Assembly (NCBI RefSeq): GCF_002945325.1
Contig: NZ_CP026606.1
Span: forward strand, 480,001-512,000
Reading direction: 5' to 3'
From: Methanococcus maripaludis
GTDB lineage: Archaea > AGJL01 > Methanococci > Methanococcales > Methanococcaceae
DNA length: 32,000 nucleotides
Shown here: positions 1 to 8,950 of the stretch, one piece after another
Layout: each line of letters opens with the position of its first letter
How positions within the stretch are numbered: position 1 is the first letter of the stretch
The notes under the pieces: model-generated
Databases searched by the model: none
What the model saw: the letters and a program-made list of their open reading frames with translations, nothing else
Told to the model about the DNA's origin: nothing
Made by a program: the position numbers and the translations under genes

Positions 1-48
1 GTCATAGTCCTCGTCTGTGGTGCAGCAATTGTCATTAAAGTATTATAA
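1..48 (+). CDS. C-terminal end of a hydrophobic protein truncated by the window edge (...VIVLVCGAAIVIKVL*)
   Basis: Frame 1 reads open from base 1 to TAA at 46-48; hydrophobic; followed by tightly packed similar small membrane genes. Confidence 0.5.
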   Translation, partial: VIVLVCGAAIVIKVL

Positions 49-77
49 TTCTTTAAAACTTTTTTTAGGTGATTTTT

Positions 78-593
78 TTGGCTTCAAACCCAAATAGCTC
101 AAGCCCTAAATCATTGCCCCATTGGCTAATCTTTTCTTTGAAAATGGTCGGGTGTGGTGTTGGTTTTGCAGGCCTGATGTGGTATATAATGAATAATTCT
201 GTTATGGGTTCTGATGTTGTTCGGGGCCTTGCAGCAGTTCCATTTGTATTTTACTTAATGGCTGAACTCTTAGATACAATAGTGGACATGAATAAAGTTG
301 TATACACTCCCCTTTTTAAAAACTATTCTGGACATGTAGCTATTGGATTAACCATTATAACGATAGTTTGCATGTTCTTTGTAACACTTTGGGCCTTGTC
401 TGGTTCAATTACTCTTTCAATTGGTTCAGCAGGTGCTTCAAGCGTGGTAGTTGCAGCAATCTTTGCATTGTACCTACTTGCCCCAAACACTGGAAAAGAA
501 AAACTTCTTTTATACATGTTTGTTGGTGCAACAATTGCAACAAAGTTCGCGTACTTGTCAATAATACCAAGTTTCTCAGGCTTTGGGCTTTAG
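78..593 (+). CDS. Multi-pass membrane protein, probable viral/proviral structural or membrane protein
   Basis: ORF 69..593; TTG start at 78 preceded by AGGTGA is more plausible than GTG at 69. About 4 hydrophobic segments. C-terminal half resembles the product of 2041..2520 (SI(T/S)LS(I/L)GS...A..LAP.TG...LLL...GAT.AT). Confidence 0.75.
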   Translation: MASNPNSSSPKSLPHWLIFSLKMVGCGVGFAGLMWYIMNNSVMGSDVVRGLAAVPFVFYLMAELLDTIVDMNKVVYTPLFKNYSGHVAIGLTIITIVCMFFVTLWALSGSITLSIGSAGASSVVVAAIFALYLLAPNTGKEKLLLYMFVGATIATKFAYLSIIPSFSGFGL

Positions 594-618
594 GTGGTTT
601 AAAATGTAGGTGTAAATT

Positions 619-936
619 ATGATTAATCAATTAATTGTAGTTATCTTATCTTTTATCCTGTCAATGGTTTTAAAACCACAAGTGGAAGTTATTGGTCAGG
701 GTTTTGGATTATCGGGACTTCTTTCTTGGATTGTTCCAACACTAATTGTTTTATTATGCGTTTGGAAAATAGGTTCTGATAAATGGAATTTAGGCGATTT
801 AATCGCTTCTTTTGTTTTAATTGTACTTATTTTAATGTATTTTTACCAAGATGTTTCCCAGATTTTCCTTGAATGTTCAAGGATCATGCTTGGGGCATGT
901 GTCGGTGCAATAGTCGCTTATTCCGCTAAAAAATAG
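619..936 (+). CDS. Small membrane protein (about 3 TM), unknown function
   Basis: 105-aa hydrophobic ORF in a co-directional compact cluster. Confidence 0.7.
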   Translation: MINQLIVVILSFILSMVLKPQVEVIGQGFGLSGLLSWIVPTLIVLLCVWKIGSDKWNLGDLIASFVLIVLILMYFYQDVSQIFLECSRIMLGACVGAIVAYSAKK

Positions 937-951
937 TGGTGGTGAGTTTAT

Positions 952-1188
952 GTGAACTTTGAATCAATAATTCCAATAATTCAAGCTTATTGGATTCAGA
1001 TTGTTATAATAATGCTTGTAACTCTTTTAATTAAAAATATTAAGGCAATAATTCTTGCCACCGCAGTTGTTTTTTCAATAAGTTATTTTGGATTTCTGGA
1101 TTTTTCAAACGTTGATTTTTCGGAAATCATTGAACAGGTTAATTATTTAATTGGAGGTATTGAATGGCAGAAATTATTGGTAAGGTAA
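952..1188 (+). CDS. Small membrane protein (about 2 TM), unknown function
   Basis: 78-aa ORF with GTG start at 952 (gtgaactttgaatca) downstream of a GGTGA-like site; hydrophobic. Confidence 0.65.
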   Translation: MNFESIIPIIQAYWIQIVIIMLVTLLIKNIKAIILATAVVFSISYFGFLDFSNVDFSEIIEQVNYLIGGIEWQKLLVR

Positions 1189-1292
1189 AACGAAAAAAAG
1201 GATCTTTCGTCTACGTTGACGGAAAAGGAAACGTGATTCAAAAGAATCGAAGTGAAATGAAGAAAAAGGCAGGTAAAAAATCTAAAAGGTGA
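1164..1292 (+). CDS. 42-aa very basic protein (MAEIIGKVKRKKGSFVYVDGKGNVIQKNRSEMKKKAGKKSKR), possible nucleic-acid-binding virion protein
   Basis: ATG at 1164, TGA at 1290-1292; GGAGGT just upstream (1153-1158); overlaps the end of 952..1188; shorter than the ORF-track cutoff. Confidence 0.55.
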   Translation: MAEIIGKVKRKKGSFVYVDGKGNVIQKNRSEMKKKAGKKSKR

Positions 1293-1297
1293 AACTA

Positions 1298-2029
1298 ATG
1301 GCTAAAAATAATATATGGATTGGCCTTGCGATTGCAGTGATCCTCGTTGCTGCAGGAACGTGGTATTACTTAAGTCAGGATGATGCAGGGGGAATTATTG
1401 TACCTACCGGAACAACATTCTCATCAGATGCAGTATTTAACAGTGAAACGGGGGACGTTTTAATTACATTCAATGCTTCAAAAGAAAATATAACCGCAGA
1501 TTCAATTGAACTATATGTTTCATATGATGAAGTAACATTTACAAAAACAAATACCTTCGAAGACGTGGCATTCCCTATTGATGTTGAAGTAACGCCTGAA
1601 GAAGGAGAAGAAAACCTTTACTATTACGCTGTAGTTTCGTACAGTGACAAAACTTACAGATTGCCTACAGATGCAGGATCTTATGAAACTGTTGAAATAA
1701 TTGTTTCAAACACTACTGAAGAAAATACAGATCTTTTGACGTTCACTGCAGTATCTGACTTTGATAACACCACAGGAATTGTTTTATTCTCGCTTTCCGC
1801 TTCAGAAGACAATAAAACTGCTGATGTTTTATTATTCACTTCATACGATAACACAACATTCACAAATACTGTAAATTCAACCGCATTGGATCTTCCAGGA
1901 ACTTTTGAATTTACTGCAGATGCTGCTGAAACAGATCTTTATTACTACTTAGAAATTGTCTGTGATGGAAACACATCAAGACTCCCTGCTGAAAGTGCTG
2001 AATGGATTAATATCACAATTGCCGGATAA
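1298..2029 (+). CDS. Membrane-anchored surface protein with two tandem Ig/FN3-like beta-sandwich domains (spike-like)
   Basis: N-terminal TM (NIWIGLAIAVILVAAGTWYYL) followed by two similar repeats ending YYYAVVSYSDKTYRLP.. and YYYLEIVCDGNTSRLP..; ATG at 1298 preferred over GTG at 1289. Confidence 0.7.
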   Translation: MAKNNIWIGLAIAVILVAAGTWYYLSQDDAGGIIVPTGTTFSSDAVFNSETGDVLITFNASKENITADSIELYVSYDEVTFTKTNTFEDVAFPIDVEVTPEEGEENLYYYAVVSYSDKTYRLPTDAGSYETVEIIVSNTTEENTDLLTFTAVSDFDNTTGIVLFSLSASEDNKTADVLLFTSYDNTTFTNTVNSTALDLPGTFEFTADAAETDLYYYLEIVCDGNTSRLPAESAEWINITIAG

Positions 2030-2040
2030 GGTGATATTTC

Positions 2041-2520
2041 ATGGCCAATTTTTCTTTTGATGTTTGGCTTCCAAAAGCCTCTGCTGCTTCAATTGTGATT
2101 GGAATTTTACTCTGGTGGACTGGAACACAAGTAGTTACAATTTCTGAAATTGCAACTTCTCTTTCGTCTATCCCTTTTGCAGTAATTCTGTTAATTGAAG
2201 CTCTCGACAAATTTGCAGATGTTTCAGGCATTTATAATAAATTAATTCCTAACAACACATCAAATCACATGTTAAAATCAGTTGTTATTGGATTAATCGC
2301 ATTTATTGCTGTTCTTTACGGAATACTTGGAACAATTAGTTTATCATTAGGTTCAATTTCAGCACCTGCACTTGTAGCTGCAGGAATATGTGCAGTATAT
2401 GTCCTGGCTCCAGAAACTGGAGATGATGAATTATTACTATTCGTGTGGATCGGTGCAACTGCTGCGACACTTGGCCACAACATTGCCATAATACCGCCAA
2501 TCCCTGGAATCACAGGGTGA
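2041..2520 (+). CDS. Multi-pass membrane protein, paralogue of 78..593
   Basis: 159 aa; shared C-terminal pattern with the first ORF; GGTGA RBS. Confidence 0.75.
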   Translation: MANFSFDVWLPKASAASIVIGILLWWTGTQVVTISEIATSLSSIPFAVILLIEALDKFADVSGIYNKLIPNNTSNHMLKSVVIGLIAFIAVLYGILGTISLSLGSISAPALVAAGICAVYVLAPETGDDELLLFVWIGATAATLGHNIAIIPPIPGITG

Positions 2521-2525
2521 TTGAA

Positions 2526-2966
2526 ATGAAGAAAATAATTTTCTTCACTTTTTTAGTTATTTTTTTGATTGTTTTCCAAATAGCAAACTCATCCAAATCA
2601 GATGAAGAGATTATTCAGTTAAAATTATTGAAATTTGGTTATCCTTCATCAGGATACATCATTTCAAATGAAACCGTGTATTATAAAGACGGTTCAAAAT
2701 CAGAATTGACTAAACCGCCAAAGATGTATGAAATCGGTGGAGTAGAAGCATATTATCTTGCTAAAGAGTACATTGAAAAAGAATATGGTAATTCATTAGA
2801 GTCAAAGGGCTTGATGATCAGAGTCGAACCCAAATCAATCGAAGAGTCCGAAAATTATTGGAAATTTAAATTTTATTTTGGAGATAATGGCTCAACTGGT
2901 AGATTTATGGGTTACATTACTGTAAATCGTGAAAAGGGCTATGTAGATATGGAAGGATTATTTTAA
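2526..2966 (+). CDS. Secreted or membrane-anchored protein of unknown function
   Basis: In-frame ATG at 2526 of ORF 2445..2966 gives MKKIIFFTFLVIFLIVFQIANSS signal/anchor. Confidence 0.65.
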   Translation: MKKIIFFTFLVIFLIVFQIANSSKSDEEIIQLKLLKFGYPSSGYIISNETVYYKDGSKSELTKPPKMYEIGGVEAYYLAKEYIEKEYGNSLESKGLMIRVEPKSIEESENYWKFKFYFGDNGSTGRFMGYITVNREKGYVDMEGLF

Positions 2967-2977
2967 AAGGTGATTTT

Positions 2978-3103
2978 ATGGGACAGTATGCAAAAGGATG
3001 CTACACAAGTTTAATAATTTGCACTGCTTTAGTGGTTTTCTCATATATTTCAGGATTTTTGACAGTGAACTTCAGTGTTCTCAGGGATCTTGTGGGGCTA
3101 TAA
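2978..3103 (+). CDS. 41-aa membrane peptide (MGQYAKGCYTSLIICTALVVFSYISGFLTVNFSVLRDLVGL)
   Basis: AAAAGGTGATTTT-ATG at 2978; TAA at 3101-3103; one hydrophobic helix; fits exactly between neighbours. Confidence 0.55.
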   Translation: MGQYAKGCYTSLIICTALVVFSYISGFLTVNFSVLRDLVGL

Positions 3104-3106
3104 CCC

Positions 3107-3646
3107 ATGCAGAAAAAACTGTTTTTAATTGTGTTGTTTTGTTTTCTTCCCGGGGTTTTCGCACAAAGTGACAATGAAACAGTTTATGTTTTGACAGATT
3201 ACGATGATTTGAATTATTCGACGTTGATCGTGTATGATGGAAACATGGTTTCGGGTCAGAACGCCCTGATCCATGAATTGAAACAAAACATTACAACATT
3301 AAAAGAAGAGCTTAGTAAAAAGGATAAACAGCTTTCAAGCTACATCGTGGCTAAAGCTGAGAACGTTGAACTAAAAGAAAACATTACAACTCTGAATTCA
3401 AAGATTAAACTGTTAGAAGCTGAAAAAGAAATTTTAGAAACTCAAAATGAAGGCTATCAGGACATGATAACAGACCTGATAACTAAACAAAGCAATGATA
3501 CTAAGGACATTAACACTGTAGCCTACAATAATGCTGTAAAAACTGTAAATAACTTTAAACTTGGTGTTTTAGTCGGAGTAGTAGTATGTTTAGTGTTATT
3601 TTTAGTGCTCAGATGGAAGAAAAAACAATTCGATTTTGGAATTTAA
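3107..3646 (+). CDS. Signal-peptide / coiled-coil / C-terminal TM protein (fibre- or stalk-like)
   Basis: MQKKLFLIVLFCFLPGVFA signal; heptad-rich centre (LKEELSKKDKQL...LEAEKEILE); C-terminal LGVLVGVVVCLVLFLVLRW anchor. Confidence 0.65.
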   Translation: MQKKLFLIVLFCFLPGVFAQSDNETVYVLTDYDDLNYSTLIVYDGNMVSGQNALIHELKQNITTLKEELSKKDKQLSSYIVAKAENVELKENITTLNSKIKLLEAEKEILETQNEGYQDMITDLITKQSNDTKDINTVAYNNAVKTVNNFKLGVLVGVVVCLVLFLVLRWKKKQFDFGI

Positions 3647-3774
3647 TTTATGACTGGTACCCATTTTTTTAGTTTTTTTTATTGTCAGGTACCACTAGTA
3701 CCGCCAGTAACGGAAGTATCTGCCAGTACCCAAACCCCGGGATTTTGGCATTTTAAGGTATAGGGGGTCTAAAA

Positions 3775-5127
3775 ATGGTACGTATTAATCTAGGCATTGG
3801 AAGGGCAGATCCTACAAAAAGATTTGGAGAAAGAACTAAAAGAACTTTAGACCTTAAAAACGATGAAGCAAACCATATTACTCTTCTAGGAAAGTCAGGT
3901 TATGGAAAAACCACCATAATGCGTGGAATGATAGAAGAAATTTATTCGAGTTATTCCGATGCAGGCATTCCGCCAATAATTATTGTAATTGAAAGGAAAG
4001 TTGACACTTCAAAACCTAAGAAAGTAGTTGAAATTTATCATGAAGAGTCTGAAAACCTAAGTTCAGCTAAAGCATATCGTAAATATGGTGAAGGAATCTG
4101 GAACTATCTTGAACATTATGTTAAAGAAATTGAAAAGGATAAGGAGCTTAAATATGGTTTAATGGGTGATTTTGCCATTGGTTTTCCAAATATTCTCGGA
4201 AAATACACGAAAATGGCAAGTGACGAAACTAAATCACTTCTTGGACGACATGGTTTAAGTCCTGCAGCATACCCTGCAAGGCGATTTGTGTTTAGACCTC
4301 GAAGAGATCTTGAAAACATTGCTTTTGATAATGGTCCTTTAACTGAAGTGATTAATTCAAAACTTGCTTATCCTGATCTTGCATTTGAAATAATTGCAGA
4401 TATGAATAATTTGGGCGAACAGACCAGATATTCTGCAATTTTAAAGAATATATGGGATATTTCAAAAATTAGGGATCCAAAAGAAGTTTTGTTGATTACT
4501 GAACGTTCTGAAAATCCGAATTCTGGACCCTCTCAGACTTATTTACGAATCGAAGAAACAATGAATCGTTTAAAAACGGATGTACTGTTTACAGGCGATA
4601 TAGATAATTCTTTTTTAACAAAACTTACAAATAAAAAAATCAATATTCTCGATTTTTCACAAAATTCCGAACTAGAAACTTATGAAGAATGTTTAATTTT
4701 TAAATTAGTCGTTCAAAATGCAATAAACGTTGCAATAAAATACAGAATTCCAGTATTTTTCGTAGTGGATGAAGTTCAAAACTTTATGAAAGATAAAAAT
4801 GGAAAATGGGCAATTGATAAAATTTTAAGAGAAGGACGTTCTTTATGTATCAATTTGATCTGTGCGACACAGTACACCGATAATCTCCCAAAAGATATCT
4901 TGATTGGTTCGAGCCATATTGGAATAATGGGAAAATTAGCCTCAAATACCGATACAAAAACTCTTGAGAAATTAATTCCTGATTTTAGAGATGTCGTTGA
5001 TTTTGATGAACCAGGAAGTCTTTCAGAATGGGAAAACATGAAAAGAAAACTTCGATTTAGGGGTTATTTTTCATATAATAAAGATTACACGGAACATATT
5101 GAATACAGGCAACCACAGAGCTTGTAG
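3775..5127 (+). CDS. FtsK/HerA-superfamily P-loop ATPase, possible genome-packaging or DNA-transfer ATPase
   Basis: Walker A GKSGYGKTT; Walker B PVFFVVDEVQNF; downstream ICATQYTDNLP sensor-like motif; located in the membrane-protein module. Confidence 0.8.
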   Translation: MVRINLGIGRADPTKRFGERTKRTLDLKNDEANHITLLGKSGYGKTTIMRGMIEEIYSSYSDAGIPPIIIVIERKVDTSKPKKVVEIYHEESENLSSAKAYRKYGEGIWNYLEHYVKEIEKDKELKYGLMGDFAIGFPNILGKYTKMASDETKSLLGRHGLSPAAYPARRFVFRPRRDLENIAFDNGPLTEVINSKLAYPDLAFEIIADMNNLGEQTRYSAILKNIWDISKIRDPKEVLLITERSENPNSGPSQTYLRIEETMNRLKTDVLFTGDIDNSFLTKLTNKKINILDFSQNSELETYEECLIFKLVVQNAINVAIKYRIPVFFVVDEVQNFMKDKNGKWAIDKILREGRSLCINLICATQYTDNLPKDILIGSSHIGIMGKLASNTDTKTLEKLIPDFRDVVDFDEPGSLSEWENMKRKLRFRGYFSYNKDYTEHIEYRQPQSL

Positions 5128-5136
5128 GTGATTTTT

Positions 5137-5901
5137 TTGGGTTGGTTCGATATCCTTAAAATAAAAACTAAAAAAAGTGGCCCTGATCCAGGAAGTAAAG
5201 GATCTGAAAATAATGAAGAAATTGAAAATGATGAAACTGAAGATGAAAAACCGGGAACTTTCAACGTTATTGGAAAAGTAAAAAAGAAAAAAGAAGAATA
5301 TAATGCAGAAAGAGAAGCATATGACTCCCTTGCTCCATATTTGTGCAGACAAAAACTCTTAATTTGGCATAATGGATCCGGTGCGAAGGTTTTTGGTTAT
5401 CCACATGCAGTAATTCCCGATGAAGGAACTTACAAAATATTATACAAAAATAAAGCCACGGATTGGCTTGAAGATTTAATAATAACTATAAAATCAACTC
5501 TTTTTAATTATAAACGACATTACGCAGTTGTTTATGCCCCTAAATCTTGCGTGGACGTTTCTGAAGACATAATAATGTTTTTTGTGGATCACTTCAGGGA
5601 TGATAAATACGCAAATTTTGTGAAATATGCAGTTCCTCTCGAAGCTGATGATCCAAGACAAAGAGTGTCATGGATTGTTGAACGGAAACGTGCTGAGGCT
5701 TATGAAGTAATGGTTGAAAATTTATTATCTGAAGATATTCCAAACCTTGTCGATGCTGCGTTATACATTAATCCTACAATGAAAATGTACAAAGGAAGTG
5801 AAAAGGAAAGCAGCAGGAAGAGCACAAAAGAAAAAAGCTTTGAAGGCGGGGAATTTTCATTTGATAATGCCATTAATAGAATGAAAAATGAAATGATGTA
5901 A
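5137..5901 (+). CDS. Soluble protein of unknown function following the ATPase
   Basis: ORF 5128..5901; TTG at 5137 with AGGTGA upstream; charged N-terminus. Confidence 0.65.
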   Translation: MGWFDILKIKTKKSGPDPGSKGSENNEEIENDETEDEKPGTFNVIGKVKKKKEEYNAEREAYDSLAPYLCRQKLLIWHNGSGAKVFGYPHAVIPDEGTYKILYKNKATDWLEDLIITIKSTLFNYKRHYAVVYAPKSCVDVSEDIIMFFVDHFRDDKYANFVKYAVPLEADDPRQRVSWIVERKRAEAYEVMVENLLSEDIPNLVDAALYINPTMKMYKGSEKESSRKSTKEKSFEGGEFSFDNAINRMKNEMM

Positions 5902-5911
5902 AGGTGATTTT

Positions 5912-6253
5912 TTGGCTGAAGAAATTGAAGGAGATTTTGTAGTTCCAAAACCAGAAAATACTGAAGGAGAAGAAATTCCTCCGGATTCTAAACCCATTTT
6001 TGATATTCCAACTGGAAGATCCAAGGCAGATTCTGAGGCTGATGAAGATGAATTTGATGAACGAACTCCAAAAACTGTAGGAAGAAAAAAGTCAGTTTAT
6101 TTAGAAAAGGTAGTAAATAAAACAATTATCGATATTTTGGAAGATTTAAAAGAGATTCATTCTGTTTCATACCAAAAAGAAGTTAAAAGAACTTCAAAAA
6201 AGATTGGAACGAATATAATGTTTTTAAAAGAAACTTTGAAAGGGAATATTTAA
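5912..6253 (+). CDS. Small acidic protein with basic C-terminus, unknown function
   Basis: TTG start at 5912 preceded by AAAGGTGA; last gene of the compact run. Confidence 0.6.
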   Translation: MAEEIEGDFVVPKPENTEGEEIPPDSKPIFDIPTGRSKADSEADEDEFDERTPKTVGRKKSVYLEKVVNKTIIDILEDLKEIHSVSYQKEVKRTSKKIGTNIMFLKETLKGNI

Positions 6254-7006
6254 TCAATCAATATTCCATTTTTCTTTTAATTTAACTAATGTTCCGTCAT
6301 TTTCCATTTCAAGAAGTGCAGCGTCAATAGATTTTTTTAATTCTGGATTAGTGTTATCTATTGCGATTGCAATGTATATAATGTCAAATTTATCTCCAAT
6401 AATTTTTAATTCAGAATTATATTTTTGAATTAAATAAAGGGATGTGAGATGATCAGTCACTTCTGAATCGATTTTGCCAGATAACAAATCTTTGTGGATA
6501 TCATTTTGATTTTCATAACTTATAATATCAAAATCCATAGATTTTGAAAGCGATTCTAACCATTTTTCCTCTATTGAATCTTTCAAAACACCAACCGATT
6601 TATGTTCAAGGCATTTTATTCCAACACATTCACTATTTTGTTTAACAAGTATTGAAGAATATGTGTATGCATACTGTCTTGAAAAATCCATTTTCAACTG
6701 TCTTTCTGGTGTTCTTCCAATATATCCTATTCCACAATCAACGTTACCCTCGGAAACTGCATCTAGCAGTTCTGAAAATGAATAGGCTATAAATTCAGGT
6801 TTTAAATCGAGTCTTTTCGATATTTCATATATCAATTCTACTTCAAAGCCTTTAAATTCTCCATCTTCAAGATATGAAGTTGGTGCTAGATCCGTACAGG
6901 CTCCAACATTTAGGACCCGATTGTTGGATTCTGTGTTTTTTTCAGTACAGCCTGAAAAGATTATTAAAAATATCGTTGAGATTATTAGAATTTTGGGATT
7001 AAACAT
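6254..7006 (-). CDS. Family-3 extracellular solute-binding lipoprotein (amino-acid-type ABC substrate-binding protein)
   Basis: Lipobox IIFSGC; APTSYLEDGEFKGFEVELIYEISKRL and DFSRQYAYTYSSILVK are typical SBP_bac_3 motifs. No permease or ATPase nearby. Confidence 0.85.
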   Translation of the reverse strand: MFNPKILIISTIFLIIFSGCTEKNTESNNRVLNVGACTDLAPTSYLEDGEFKGFEVELIYEISKRLDLKPEFIAYSFSELLDAVSEGNVDCGIGYIGRTPERQLKMDFSRQYAYTYSSILVKQNSECVGIKCLEHKSVGVLKDSIEEKWLESLSKSMDFDIISYENQNDIHKDLLSGKIDSEVTDHLTSLYLIQKYNSELKIIGDKFDIIYIAIAIDNTNPELKKSIDAALLEMENDGTLVKLKEKWNID

Positions 7007-7201
7007 TCTTTTACTCCATTGCCTGATTTTTTGGATTAATCCAGAATATAATATATATTGAATATTTGATCTAATTTTCTAAATGGATTAGATAGATATA
7101 TTAATATATTGGTTAACTGGGGACAAAATGTTAAATGAATTTAGTTGGGAGGTGATCCTTTGTAAATATCAATATTGAAATAACTCCGAAAAGGTGAGAT
7201 T

Positions 7202-8188
7202 TTGTTGGAATTAAATGAAATATACAATACAGACTTTTTTGAAGGTGTTAAGTCCCTTCCTGATAATTCAGTCGATTTAATCATTGCAGATCCTCCATAC
7301 TACAATATCAAAGGGGATTTTGATTTTAAATTGACTTTTGATGAATGGAAATTACTGCACAAAAGAATGGCAGAAGAATTTAAACGAGTTTTAAAGTTAA
7401 ACGGCAGTATTTTACTTTATGGTCATGCGAGAAACATTGCATACCAACAGGTTGTTTTTGATGAGTTATTTTTCCTTGAAAATAACCTTGTATGGCATAA
7501 AACAGACTGCCAAACTCGAAAAAACATTAAAGGATACCGCTGTTTTGCACCAGTTACTGAAAGAATTTTATTTTATTCGAATGAATATCGAAAAAACAAT
7601 AATTCGCTGGTAAATCCAATGTATAAAGAATATGTGGAAGTACTTACACCAATTATTGAATATTTCATGCAAGAAAAAGAAAAAATCATGAAATTAAAAG
7701 GTTTTTCAACAAATGGTGAATTTATTAGGTTCATGGACGAATACACTGGAAGTACAACTGCTGCAAGACATTATTTCTCATGGAGTCAATGGATGTTCCC
7801 ATCTGAAAAAACGTATGCTAAATTACAAGACATTGGTAATGGAGTTCTCGAAAAAGAATATCCTTTATTTAAAAAGCAATATGCAGAACTAAAGACTGAG
7901 TTTGAACGCACAAGAAGATATTTTGTAAATTCTGAACATACTGATGTTTTACTATTTTCTCAAGAAAGTCATATCACGAGAAAATATAATCACCCGACAC
8001 AAAAGCCCCCAAAATTAACAAAGATGTTGATTGAATCTACAACAAAACCTGAAAGTTTAGTTTTAATTCCTTTTGCAGGTTCCGGTGTAGAATGTGCATG
8101 TTGTAAGGAACTTCAAAGAAATTTTATTGGTTTTGAAATTGATGAAAAATATTGTGAAGTTTCCAGGAATCGAATTAATGAAGTTTAA
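7202..8188 (+). CDS. Beta-class DNA methyltransferase (N6-adenine or N4-cytosine)
   Basis: Motif IV DPPYYN near the N-terminus and PTQKPPKL...LIPFAGSG motif X/I near the C-terminus; start is TTG (7202 or 7205) after AAAAGGTGA. Confidence 0.9.
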   Translation: MLELNEIYNTDFFEGVKSLPDNSVDLIIADPPYYNIKGDFDFKLTFDEWKLLHKRMAEEFKRVLKLNGSILLYGHARNIAYQQVVFDELFFLENNLVWHKTDCQTRKNIKGYRCFAPVTERILFYSNEYRKNNNSLVNPMYKEYVEVLTPIIEYFMQEKEKIMKLKGFSTNGEFIRFMDEYTGSTTAARHYFSWSQWMFPSEKTYAKLQDIGNGVLEKEYPLFKKQYAELKTEFERTRRYFVNSEHTDVLLFSQESHITRKYNHPTQKPPKLTKMLIESTTKPESLVLIPFAGSGVECACCKELQRNFIGFEIDEKYCEVSRNRINEV

Positions 8189-8338
8189 TTTTTGAGTCCA
8201 AAAAACATCTGAATTTTGGACTTTTGAATAACTATACTATTTTATTATTTTTTTTGGATTTATTGGTCCAAAAACTCATTTTAAAAATCAAATTCCAAAA
8301 ATTATGAATTTTATAAGTTTTTAGACTAGGTGGTAGTT

Positions 8339-8926
8339 ATGATCATAGGTTATGCAAGGGTATCTACTAAGGATCAGAAACTTGACAGGCAGATTGATGA
8401 ACTGAAATCTTTTGGATGCGAAAAAATATTTTTAGAAAAGATTTCTGGAACTAAGAAAATTAGACCCGAATTTGATAAAATGCTAGAAATGTTACGAAAG
8501 AATGATTTAGTTGTTGTAAGTGAACTTACAAGGCTTTCTAGAAGTACAAAAGATTTAATTGACATAATGAACCGTTTTGAACAGATGGATGTTTCAGTGA
8601 AAAGTTTAAAAGAGGCATGGCTTGATACATCGACTGCTCATGGTAAATTACTTTTTACAATTTTTGCAGGCCTTGCAGAATTTGAGCGAGATTTAATTTC
8701 TGAAAGAGTAAAGTCTGGATTAAATGCTGCAAGATCTCGTGGAAAACTAGGTGGAAGGCCTACGGTAAGGAATGAAAAAATAAATCTGGCTTTAAAAATG
8801 TATGATTCAAAAGAATATTCGATAAATGAGATTTTAAAGGCTACAGGAATTAGTAAAAGTACACTTTATAATTATTTGGAAAAACGGAGAGAATGTATTA
8901 TTCAAAATCTAAATCATAATATTTAA
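8339..8926 (+). CDS. Serine recombinase (resolvase/invertase family)
   Basis: IGYARVSTKDQKLDRQIDEL catalytic N-terminus, LFTIFAGLAEFERDLISERV, C-terminal HTH (SINEILKATGISKSTLYNYL). ATG at 8339. Confidence 0.93.
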   Translation: MIIGYARVSTKDQKLDRQIDELKSFGCEKIFLEKISGTKKIRPEFDKMLEMLRKNDLVVVSELTRLSRSTKDLIDIMNRFEQMDVSVKSLKEAWLDTSTAHGKLLFTIFAGLAEFERDLISERVKSGLNAARSRGKLGGRPTVRNEKINLALKMYDSKEYSINEILKATGISKSTLYNYLEKRRECIIQNLNHNI

Positions 8927-8950
8927 ATTACGTAAAGTAAAGGATATAAT

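Noticed and set aside
323-630. ORFs 323..517 (-), 368..622 (+) and 409..630 (-)
   Set aside because: Overlap the better-supported 78..593 membrane gene; no RBS or family features.
1681-2513. Minus-strand ORFs 1681..1863, 2013..2231 and 2316..2513
   Set aside because: Antisense to convincingly coding genes with good RBS; look like shadow frames.
3775-5127. Assigning this ATPase as a second HerA of the defence operon
   Set aside because: It sits inside the membrane-protein module, has a different Walker A context (GKSGYGKTT) and no NurA partner; a packaging/transfer role fits better.
4116-5352. ORFs 4116..4319, 4776..5039 and 5071..5352 on the minus strand
   Set aside because: Antisense to the ATPase and the gene following it. 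The hydrophobic F-rich product of 5071..5352 is the complement of a Lys-rich stretch.
6254-7006. Part of a complete ABC transporter operon
   Set aside because: Neighbouring genes are a viral-type small protein and a methyltransferase; no permease or ATPase is adjacent.
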